NCBI GenBank assembly: GCA_002269645.1
Contig: NIVC01002499.1
Coordinates: 75,735-139,734, forward strand
Origin: Macrostomum lignano
Lineage: Eukaryota
Direction of reading: 5' to 3'
DNA: 64,000 bases
Shown here: in pieces, positions 49,059-58,800 of the stretch
How positions within the stretch are numbered: position 1 is the stretch's first letter
How the letters are laid out: every line of letters begins with the position of its first letter
Position numbers and translations under genes: made by a program
Notes under the pieces: model-generated
Told to the model about the DNA's origin: nothing
What the model saw: the letters and a program-made list of their open reading frames with translations, nothing else
Database searches by the model: none

Positions 49059-50579
49059 ATGGCTTCTAACCGAAGAAATCAACCGGCTGTGGATGACACA
49101 GTGCCTCCGGCCTCGGCTGGGGCCGTGGACTCCTCGGCCATACCACCTGCTACCATCGGGGACGCCTCGGCGAGACCCGTGGAGCCAACTCTGAGCGGTG
49201 CCTCCGAGAAGACACCTGCTACTCCAGCTGCTAAGAAACGCAGCACCACCTCTGGAGCTGCCCGCCGTCGACTTAACAAGGCGAGGCGGGCCAAGGAGGG
49301 CGGAAGCCAAACCGGTGCCAGGGGCCAACGGCCCGCGGCAGCGGAAGCTTCCCAGTCTGGGGCGGTGGCGGAAGAGGGCCTCGAGCCCACGGAAGCCCCT
49401 GCCCAGGATAGGGAGGCCGATGCAGCCGGGAGGGTGGACAGCCCACCTGAAGAAAGCTCCACTGACCCCCGGGCCTCCTACGCTGATGCGGCAAAGAGGC
49501 AACCGGCGGTTGTCATCCTGGGAAAGGACGCGCGCCTGTCTCCCGATCAGCTGAAGCAGGTGAGAAGTGCCGTTGATGGCCTCCTGTGGAAGCAAACTCT
49601 GAAGGGCACGCCTCTGAACATTCATTCGAATGCGACGAGGGACTCGTGCCTTCTCATTTGGCCCAGTGATGCTGACTCGGGTCGGCGGCTCCTTGAGCTG
49701 CTGCCCGAGCAGAGCTGGGACCTCAACCTAGCCTTCTGCAGAGAGGACGAGCGCCCCCGGACCAAGAGGCATCGAATCTGGGTCCCGGCCAGGAGCGTTG
49801 TTACCTCTGCTGACGAGCTCCGGAAAGGACTGCTAGCAGTCAACCGGGAGCTTCCCGCCGCGGGCCTAGTGGTGCATGACACCCTTAAGCGCACCGACGG
49901 CACTGGCTTCACAGCCATCCTGGGGCTGTCGGACGCCTGGATGAGGCGTTATCCACACGGCAGCTTCATCAACGTCGGCCTTTGGAAGCTGCGCATCCGC
50001 TCCTACGAGGCCGACCCTCCCCGTGGCAGTGAGCAGGGCGGGCGGGATGCGGAGGCGGCCGGGGCCGAGGCGCAAGCCTCTGCTCAGACTGCCAAAGCAA
50101 ACCGCCCTGCCCGGCAGCACGGCCGCGCGGGCAAAGCTCAGCGCGCTGCTGAGGGCGGAGGCGACCGACGCCCGGCGCGCAGCACCAAGCGGCGCGGCCT
50201 GTACCAGCGTGCAGCTGAGGCAGTCCGTACCGCCAAAATCTCCCAGCTGAGGCGAGAGGTCGCCGGGACGCCTAGGCGCACCAGTTCGTCCAGGGAGGGT
50301 GGGGACGTCCCAGCTGGGCCCAACCCCTCGGGGCAGGGCCGACTGGAGACGGACCCGCCTGCCCAGGCGGCTGGCTGCTCCAGGGCATTGGGCCAATCTG
50401 AGGCGGAGGACCCCATGGATGGTGGGCAAAGGGCGGCGAACGCTGCCTACTGCCTTCCGGCCAATCGGGGGCCTTTTGCTGAAGAAGAGCCCATGGACAC
50501 CGGCGACCCCGACCCGAAGCCGGTGAGCGCCGAGGAGGAGGAGGAACTCCTGGCGGCTGCAACATCCGATCTGCAATGA
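49059..50579 (+). CDS. LINE ORF1 (gag-like; central region resembles DUF4780 of LOA-type ORF1s), 506 aa
   Basis: Open frame from ATG 49059; basic disordered ends; central LSPDQLKQV...RIWVP...ELRKGLLAVNREL segment; no CCHC knuckle seen. Confidence 0.8.
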   Translation: MASNRRNQPAVDDTVPPASAGAVDSSAIPPATIGDASARPVEPTLSGASEKTPATPAAKKRSTTSGAARRRLNKARRAKEGGSQTGARGQRPAAAEASQSGAVAEEGLEPTEAPAQDREADAAGRVDSPPEESSTDPRASYADAAKRQPAVVILGKDARLSPDQLKQVRSAVDGLLWKQTLKGTPLNIHSNATRDSCLLIWPSDADSGRRLLELLPEQSWDLNLAFCREDERPRTKRHRIWVPARSVVTSADELRKGLLAVNRELPAAGLVVHDTLKRTDGTGFTAILGLSDAWMRRYPHGSFINVGLWKLRIRSYEADPPRGSEQGGRDAEAAGAEAQASAQTAKANRPARQHGRAGKAQRAAEGGGDRRPARSTKRRGLYQRAAEAVRTAKISQLRREVAGTPRRTSSSREGGDVPAGPNPSGQGRLETDPPAQAAGCSRALGQSEAEDPMDGGQRAANAAYCLPANRGPFAEEEPMDTGDPDPKPVSAEEEEELLAAATSDLQ

Positions 50580-53500
50580 TGCCAGCGACTACCTGGTGTC
50601 TGCAGATCAACACCCAGCACTGCGTGGCGGCGTCGGTCAACCTGATGCGCACGGCAGAGCAACAGCTTCCGGGCCTGGTCTTCGTACAGGAGCCCTGGAT
50701 GACTAAAGGTAAGCCAAATAATGTGCCATCTGGCTACCACTGTTTTTGCATGGTGGGCTCTCAGCCTCGCCCAAGATCTTTGGTCTTTGCTGCAAAAGCT
50801 TTTGAGGCATGGATGAGACCTGATCTCTCGACTGGGGACATCTGTGTTGTTCAAATCAATAACCTCATTCCCAATAAACCTGTGCTGGTAGCTTCTGCCT
50901 ATTTCCCGGGCGATGCCCCAGTTGTCTGCGACGCGTTAGTCAACCTTACTGACTATGCTGCGTCCCATCGGTTCGAGCTGCTCATTGCAGGGGATGTGAA
51001 CGCACACCACCTGCATTGGGGCAGCAAGAACATCAATAGCAGAGGCGAGGAGCTGCTGGCCTATGTCAGCAGCACTAACCTCAACTTCTGTAACGTGGGC
51101 AATGCACCAACGTTCAATAATGGGCGGTGGGCCGAAGTCATCGACACCACCATCGCCTCACCCGGACTGCTTTCCGCAGTTACGGGCTGGCGAGTGTGGG
51201 ACGAGGACTCGCTCTCGGACCACCGCTTTATCCGCTTTTGCATTGGGCCGACCAAGCAAAAGCCTAAGGTCACTTGGAGTCGGAACGTCAGGAACACCGA
51301 TTGGGCCGCCTTTGGCTCGAAGCTGAGCCGCGGCCTTCGGGATCTTGACCCCCCCAGTGACCTCTCTGACTGCCAGGTGGTGGACGATCTCGCCTCCTCC
51401 CTGGGCGGGGCGATCACCACTGCCTTTGAAGCAGCCTGCCCCCTAAAGGCCTATAAAGGCAAGAAATCTGCTCCCTGGTGGAACCCAGAGCTCGGGGCCC
51501 TTCGGCGCCGAGCCAGGACCCTCCAAAGGCGAGCGCTCAAAACCAAAGACCCATCTGACAGAGAGGCCTATACCCGTGCGATCCACGAGTTTAAGGGCCA
51601 AGTCAGAAGGGCCAAGACGGCCAAGTGGCGCCAATATTGCGAAGGGCTTGAGGGCTCTCGCCCCGTAGCCCGCGTGGTTAAGGCACTCACTAATGACCGT
51701 TTTTCTAAACTCTCTGTTGTGAAGAGACCTGACGGCTCGGTCACAGAGAGTTCGGAAGAGACTCTAGAGCTCATGCTCAACAGTTTTTTCCCTAAATCTC
51801 CGACTCAGCAGGGCCCGCCCGACCACACAGTGGGAGGGCAAGGCCTAGCAAAGTCTATGATCACCAAAGACCGCATTATTAGAGCGGCAAGGTCCTTTAA
51901 CCCGTTCAAGGCGCCTGGGCCCGACGGCATCTACCCAGCGTTCTTGCACGAGGCGGTGAAAAACCACCGCTTCCTGGACCTGCTCTGTCGTCTCCTTCGA
52001 GCTTGTGTGGAGCTGGGCTATGTACCAGTTGCATGGAGAGAGGCCCGGGTGGTCTTTATCCCCAAGCCTGGAAAGAGCGACTACCAATCGGTGAAGGCCT
52101 TCAGGCCTATCAGCCTCACTTCTTTCTGCCTCAAGCTCCTCGAGAGACTGGTGCTTTGGCGCCTACTTTCGGTCGAGCTGAAGCGCTTCCCACTCTCGCA
52201 GAACCAGCACGCCTTCCGCGCGGGCAGGTCAACCGAGAGTGCTCTCCATGTCATTGTTGACTTCCTGGAGAGGGCCGTTCTTGGCAGCGGCTTTGCCCTC
52301 TCGCTTTTCCTGGACATTGAGGGGGCCTTCGACAACGTCATCTTCGAGGCCTTTTGCAGAGCCCTGGAATCCAGGGCCACGCACCCTCACCTTGTCCGGT
52401 GGATCATGTTCATGATCCGAAACCGCACTGTTGTGGCCCACCTGAGCGGCAGCTCTCTTTCGGTGCCTGTCCTGAAAGGGGGCCCCCAGGGCGGCGTTCT
52501 CACCCCCGTTCTCTGGAACATGGTCATGGATGAGTTGCTTTGCAGTGATCTCCACGACCCCATTCTCAAGGTGGGCTATGCCGATGATGTGACCGCGATA
52601 TGCGCGGGCCCCTCGGTTGATACCATCAGAGACCTTCTGCAGGGCTTTCTGGGACGAGCGGAGCGTTGGGCAGACCAATGTGGCCTTAGACTCTCAGAGT
52701 CGAAAACCACAGCAGTCATGTTTACCAACAAACTGCTCTGGACCATTAAGCCCCTCACCCTCTATGGAAAGAATATTTCCATGGAGAAGCAGGTCCGCTG
52801 CCTGGGCCTCACTCTGGACCACAGGCTTAACTGGACTCCGCACATTCAAACTAAAGCCAAAAAAGCCCTGGCTGTACTGGCTCAGATCAGGCGCGCCGTG
52901 GGCACCACCTGGGGGCTCACCCCCAGGAAGCTGTGGTGGATTTACACTGCCATCATCCGCCCCTCGATCAGTTACGCCAGCCTCGTGTGGGCTAGCGGCC
53001 TGAGCGTCAAGAGCAACCTCGACGCTCTCTACAAAATCCAGGGCAGAGCCTGCCGCATGACTATGGGCGCTCCACCCTCTACTCCTTTTGAAGGCATGAA
53101 TGCCTTCCTCTGTGCCCCTCCTTTGGATATTTATATCAAAGGAGAGGCGGCGAAGAGCACCCGGCGTCTTCTGGATGCTGGGGTGGCCTTCAAGAAAGTG
53201 CGGGCCTTTAAGAAGCGGTCGCTTATCCCGCACTCTGACCTCTGCCTCAAGGCTCTCGAGGAGTGTGGCGGGCTCAACATCCTCACGGACTCGATCCCAG
53301 CCACCCTTCTCCTGAGCCAAAGGTATAAGGTCACCATTCAGCCTCGACACGAGGCGAGTGACAGCTGGAGCGACTCTGAAGTCCACTGTTACACTGACGG
53401 CTCTATGAGGCATGGTCTTTCAGGCTTCGGAGCTTGCGTCTTCTTCAAGGGAGAAGTGGTGTGGAACTACTCCCAGCACACTGGGCTCAACTCCAGTGTT

Positions 53501-54280
53501 TTTCAGAGCGAGGTGCTTGCCATCAGCTCCTGCGCGGCAGAGCTGCGCCGAAGGCAGCTTAGCGGCCGGAAATTTATTTTTCACTCTGACAGCCAAGCAG
53601 CCCTTCGGGCCCTCTGCCGCAGCACCGCCAGCTCCAGGTCCGTCCTGGACTGCAACACCCAGCTCAACGGGCTTGCGCTAGGCAACCAGGTGGAGCTCAG
53701 ATGGATCCCGGGCCACGCCGGCTTCCTCGGCAACGAGCGCGCTGACCTGCTGGCCAAGGCTGGCTCCGCCGGCGCGCTATTGGGGCCGGGCCCGGGTGCC
53801 CCCATCCCCGCCTCGGTGATCAATTCCCGCGTTAAGCGCTGGGCTGACTCCGAGCATCTCCGCAGGTGGCACGACACCCGGAATTGTAGGCAATCCCGTG
53901 CTGCCGTCCCCTGTCCCTCTCCTCTCCTGCGTAGAGCCCTCCTCAGGCTCAACCGCAGAGACCTCAGAGCAGTTAGCATGGCCCTCTCCGGGCATGGCTG
54001 CTTCTCTCGCCACCGCTTCCTTCAGGGCCAAGTACCCGAGGAGCGGTGCCCCTTCTGCCGCTCAGGCAGTGAAAACGCCGAGCATTTTATCTGCCACTGC
54101 CCGGTTTTCACCAGGGCCAGGCTTACTCACCTCGGGCCAAACCCGGTTCTCTCCGACGTTTGCAGGCCCGAGAGCATCCCGCTGCTCGCCCGGTACCTCA
54201 GGGACACCGGACGAGCTGATTTCTTCCCCACCGTCGGTGAGGAGGACCGCGCTGCAGGCGAGACCGACGGGTCCCCCTGA
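50576..54280 (+). CDS. LINE ORF2: APE endonuclease - reverse transcriptase - RNase H - CCHC finger, 1234 aa
   Basis: EN: QINTQH, VQEPW, GDVNAHH, SDHRFI. RT: KAPGPDGI, FRPISL, FLDIEGAFD, GGPQGGVLTP, YADD. RNH: YTDGS, QSEVLAI, SDSQAAL, WIPGHAG..GNERAD. C-terminal CPFC...EHFICHC. Confidence 0.97.
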   Translation: MMPATTWCLQINTQHCVAASVNLMRTAEQQLPGLVFVQEPWMTKGKPNNVPSGYHCFCMVGSQPRPRSLVFAAKAFEAWMRPDLSTGDICVVQINNLIPNKPVLVASAYFPGDAPVVCDALVNLTDYAASHRFELLIAGDVNAHHLHWGSKNINSRGEELLAYVSSTNLNFCNVGNAPTFNNGRWAEVIDTTIASPGLLSAVTGWRVWDEDSLSDHRFIRFCIGPTKQKPKVTWSRNVRNTDWAAFGSKLSRGLRDLDPPSDLSDCQVVDDLASSLGGAITTAFEAACPLKAYKGKKSAPWWNPELGALRRRARTLQRRALKTKDPSDREAYTRAIHEFKGQVRRAKTAKWRQYCEGLEGSRPVARVVKALTNDRFSKLSVVKRPDGSVTESSEETLELMLNSFFPKSPTQQGPPDHTVGGQGLAKSMITKDRIIRAARSFNPFKAPGPDGIYPAFLHEAVKNHRFLDLLCRLLRACVELGYVPVAWREARVVFIPKPGKSDYQSVKAFRPISLTSFCLKLLERLVLWRLLSVELKRFPLSQNQHAFRAGRSTESALHVIVDFLERAVLGSGFALSLFLDIEGAFDNVIFEAFCRALESRATHPHLVRWIMFMIRNRTVVAHLSGSSLSVPVLKGGPQGGVLTPVLWNMVMDELLCSDLHDPILKVGYADDVTAICAGPSVDTIRDLLQGFLGRAERWADQCGLRLSESKTTAVMFTNKLLWTIKPLTLYGKNISMEKQVRCLGLTLDHRLNWTPHIQTKAKKALAVLAQIRRAVGTTWGLTPRKLWWIYTAIIRPSISYASLVWASGLSVKSNLDALYKIQGRACRMTMGAPPSTPFEGMNAFLCAPPLDIYIKGEAAKSTRRLLDAGVAFKKVRAFKKRSLIPHSDLCLKALEECGGLNILTDSIPATLLLSQRYKVTIQPRHEASDSWSDSEVHCYTDGSMRHGLSGFGACVFFKGEVVWNYSQHTGLNSSVFQSEVLAISSCAAELRRRQLSGRKFIFHSDSQAALRALCRSTASSRSVLDCNTQLNGLALGNQVELRWIPGHAGFLGNERADLLAKAGSAGALLGPGPGAPIPASVINSRVKRWADSEHLRRWHDTRNCRQSRAAVPCPSPLLRRALLRLNRRDLRAVSMALSGHGCFSRHRFLQGQVPEERCPFCRSGSENAEHFICHCPVFTRARLTHLGPNPVLSDVCRPESIPLLARYLRDTGRADFFPTVGEEDRAAGETDGSP

Positions 54281-54395
54281 GCGACACCACTTCAACGGAA
54301 GTCGTTGGTCGCCAGGGGCTAGCGGAATGGGCGGTCTCCTCCGCCTCCTCGCTGCATCCGCCGGACGCCCCCTGCAGCTAAGTCAAGTAAGTCAA

Positions 54396-55080
54396 GTCCT
54401 TTCAAGGAAATGTGTCAGCTCTTTTAATCATAATATGGAAATGTGTCAGCTCTTTTGATCATAATATGGAAATGTGTCAGCTCTTTTAATCATAATATGG
54501 AAATGTGTCAGCTCTTTTGATCATAATATGGAAATGTGTCAGCTCTTTTAATCATAATATGGAAATGTGTCAGCTCTTTTGATCATAATATGGAAATGTG
54601 TCAGCTCTTTTGTCCTTTCAAGGAAATGTGTCAGCTCTTTTAATCATAATATGGAAATGTGTCAGCTCTTTTGATCATAATATAGAAATGTGCCAGCTCT
54701 TTTGTCCTTTCAAGGAAATGGTGTCATTTTCTTCATTTATTTCTCGGAAATGTTTCATTATCTTTTATTCTTTCTAGGAAATGTGTCATTTTCTATGACT
54801 CTTTCTAGGAAATGTGTCATTTTCTATGATTCTTTCTAGCAAATGTGTCATTTTCTTCATTTCTTTCTAGGAAATGTTTCATTATCTTTGATTCTTTCTA
54901 GGAAATGTGTCATTTTCTTTGATTCTTTCTAGGAAATGTTTTATTTTCTATGATTCTTTCTAGGAAATGTGTCATTTTCTTCGATTCTTTCTAGGAACTG
55001 TTGATTTTTTATTCTTTCTAGGAAATGTGTCATTTTCTTCTATTTTTTCTAAGAAATGTTTTATTTTCTTCGAGTATTTT
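54396..55080. repeat. Right part of the LINE-split minisatellite, decaying into ttctaggaaatgtgtcatttt variants
   Basis: Same units as 48265-48582 up to about 54720, then degenerate. Confidence 0.9.
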
Positions 55081-55807
55081 TAGGATATCTGGCAATGCGT
55101 ATTCTGTCACGCATTATGTTCAATTTCCATCAGCTCTGTTGACTAACTTAGAATCTGACTGTCACCCTGAGTCTCAGTTTTGCCAAACTTTTCACTAACA
55201 AAGAATTTAGTCTGGAGGGTTTCTTCAGACGCTGACCAATCTGCTCCTGACAAACTCTTCAATATATTTATAAACTCTGCCTCTGAGCTCGGCGAGTGAA
55301 AGCGGAACTGCGTGACAAAAATTATTGGAGAGAAAAAGCGCGAGCTAACCAAACACCAAAAATTGAAAATAATTGTTTTTGGGAAATCAGTGCAGGGGTG
55401 GCGCAGAAGGGCGTGAACTTGTGGCCTTCAGACCAGAGGGTTGCTTAGCCAAAACCAACAGGTTTAAGTGTTGAGCGGAGTGACTTCATCAAGTCTAAAT
55501 GAATTCAAACGGTTGCAGTCACAGTTTACCTATATTATATATATCTAGTGGGAGCAGCTCACTTTGAAGCTAATAATGAGTTTAAGCTGAGGCTTGGAAT
55601 CCCTCACGAGCTCACGCGGATTTTCGCAGTGAGAACCCGCAAGTTCAACGCTGCTCAGCGCAGGACTAAACCGGAAACAGCTGAAAGGCGGAGCTGCAGA
55701 CCTGAAACTCAAAAAACAGCAATGGAATTTCCATCACAAAAAGCCAAGGTGAACAAGGAGGAGAGACAATGAAGCCGGGAGGAGTCTGGGAGGCATGGGG
55801 AGCGGCC

Positions 55808-58800
55808 CTAGGTCTCCTGGCCGGCCTTGGCGGCTGCTGCGGCCTCCTTGGCTGCTGACAACTCCGAGTAATGATCCCGGTTGCCCTCCAGCGTGTTGAG
55901 GATGTGCTCAGCATCCGGGTGCACCAGCTCGGTCCAGGCCTCCCACAGCGGGTGCACGATGAAGTCGATGAAGGACACCTGCGACTTCTCCACGTTGGCG
56001 GTTTCCCGACAGCACATGGGGCTGACCGGCAGGCCGAGCGCCTTCTCGCGGTCGCCCTGGCTGAAGAATTCCTCCATGACGCGGGTGACCCACTGGGAGG
56101 ACAGCGGCATGGGCTTGGCCGGGTTGCTGAGGTCGGCGCAGTGCACCATGTTCTGCATGATCTGCATCTTCTCGCTGTAGTTGTCCAGCTTCAGCAGGCA
56201 GCCGCCCGCCACCTTCTTGGTCTCCACCATGGTCTTGAGGTCGGCCAGCAGCGACATGTGCTTGCTCATGTCGGTGGCCAGCACCATGTCGATGACCATC
56301 TTGCGGAGCTGCTTCCGCTGTCCGTCCTCCAGCTGGCGCAGGATGTTGCTGTTCGGCTCCTGCAGCAGCTTGAAGGCCACGGCGCAGTGGTGATTCTCCA
56401 GCACGCTGGCGTCGTTGTACATGATGGCCAGCTCGTTCTCTGCGGCGGGGAGGGGGTCAGGCTGTCAGAAGAATCTCGTCAGAGACATGCTCATGATGTC
56501 AGGAGGGTCTGGTCATGATGTCAGAAGGATCTGGTCATGATGTCAGAAGGATCTGGTCATGATGTCAAAAGGATCTGGTCATTATGTCAAAAGGATCTGG
56601 TCATTATGTCAGAAGGATCTGGTCATGATGTCAGAAGGATCTGGTCATGATGTCAAAAGCATCTGGTCATGATGTCAGAAGGATCTGGTCATGATGTCAA
56701 AAGGATCTGGTCATTGTCAAAAGGATCTGGTCAGAAAAGGATCTGGTCATGATGTCAGAAGGATCTGGTCATGATGTCAAAAGGATCTGGTCATGATGTC
56801 AGAAGGATCTGGTCATGATGTCAGAAGGATCTGGTCATGATGTCAGAAGGATCTGGTCATGATGTCAGGATCTGGTCATGATGTCAGAAGGATCTGGTCA
56901 TGATGTCAAAAGGAATTATGGATCTGGTCATTATGTCAGAAGGATCTGGTCATGATGTCAGAAGGATCTGGTCATGATGTCAGAAGGATCTGGTCATCAT
57001 GTCAGAAGGATCTGGTCATTATGTCAGAAGGATCTGGTCATTATGTCAGAAGGATCTGGTCATTATGTCAGAAGGATCTGGCTGTGATGTAAGGAAATGG
57101 AAGTGAATCTGCTGGATAGATCCAGTCAAGATGTCAGGTGACTGTATCAAAGTCATCAAGAGGATCTACATGTATTCAGTATCAAGAGAATTCAGTCAGG
57201 TCAGTCTAATCAAGGTGTCAGGATGGTCTAATCAAGGTGTCAGGATGGTCTAATCAAGGTGTCAGGATGGTCTAATCAAGGTGTCAGGATGGTCTAATTA
57301 AGGTGTCAGGATGGTCTAATCAAAGTGTCAGGGTGTCTAATCAAGGTGTCAGGATGGTCTAATCAAAGTGTCAGGTCAGTCTAATCAAGGTATCAGGATG
57401 GTCTAATCAAAGTGTCAGGTCAGTCTAATCAGGTGTCAGGATGATCTAATCAAGGTGTCAGGGGTGTAGGGCGTACGTTACACTCTCTGCCCCAAATTAT
57501 TATTCATGACTCGCCCTCTCGCCTAAACTTGTTCACCAAGTCTCGACCAATCACGCATCGCTTCACCCCCACCCCACAATATTGAATAATAAATATATTA
57601 AGTTAACAAAGCCATACAGAGGCCACCTTTCTCGGCAGCGAACCTAGACTTCACATTGGCATCGCAAGCAGTCAGAATGTCTGTGCCTCTGCAGCTATCC
57701 CCGCTGAGCAGTTTAATGATGCAACAGAGCAGCAGAACCTCTCAGCAAAAGTGGGAGGAGTGGTCCGGCCGTTTCAAAAGGTTTGTCGCAGCCAGTGCAT
57801 CACAAGTGCGAATTCTTCATTACGTAGGCGGCAAGCAGCTGGCGGACAAATTCAAAGAGCTGAATCGAACTGGAAAGTCTCTTGACGATCTGATCGAGGC
57901 ATTCAGGACTCACTACAGCGGGCACAGGCATTCAGGCATCAACTCCACACCACAGGCATTCAGGACTCACTACAGCGACAGGCATTTCAGGACTCACTAC
58001 AGCGACAGGCATTCAGGACTCACTACAGCGACAGGCATTCAGGACTCACTACAGCGACAGCATTCAGGACTCACTACAGCGACAGGCATTCAGGACTCAC
58101 TACAGCGACAGGCATTCAGGACTCACTACAGCGACAGGCATTCAGGACTCACTACAGCGACAGGCATTCAGGACTCACTACAGCGACAGGCATTCAGGAC
58201 TCACTACAGCCACAGGCATTCAGGACTCACTACAGCGACAGGCATTCAGGACTCACTACAGCGACAGGCATTCAGGACTCACTACAGCGACAGGCATTCA
58301 GGACTCACTACAGCGACAGGCATTCAGGACTCACTACAGCGACAGGCATTCAGGACTCACTACAGCGACAGGCATTCAGGACTCACTACAGCGACAGGCA
58401 TTCAGGACTCACTACAGCGACAGGCATTCAGGACTCACTACAGCGACAGGCATTCAGGACTCACTACAGCGACAGGCATTCAGGACTCACTACAGCGACA
58501 GGCATTCAGGACTCACTCCAGCGACAGGCACAACCCCGTGTTCGTCAGGTTCGAATTCCGGCACTGCATCAGCAAACTGGCGAGTCACTGGAGGCCTGGA
58601 CACAGCGCCTCTACGCAGCAGCCGATGGCTGCGAGTTCGAGTCCCAGCGCGACTTGCTCAACCGAGACCAAATAGTGGCCGGCTGCAGATCCGCCCAGCT
58701 CCGGCGGACACTCCTGCAAACTCGCAACATCAGCCTAAAGGACGCACTGCAGCAAGCAAGAGCCTTCGAGGCGGTGGAACTTCAATCAGCAGCCATGGAA

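Larger units (their letters stand above)
48583..54395 (+). mobile_element. Full-length non-LTR retrotransposon (LOA/Lian-like, with RNase H), 5.8 kb
   Basis: Two open ORFs; 12-bp TSD gtcctttcaagg at 48571-48582 and 54396-54407; short 3' UTR ending in taagtcaag-taagtcaa. Confidence 0.95.

Noticed and set aside
55390-55445. tRNA-like 5' half (ggggtggcgcagaaggg...cttcaga)
   Set aside because: No B-box or T-arm and no acceptor stem.
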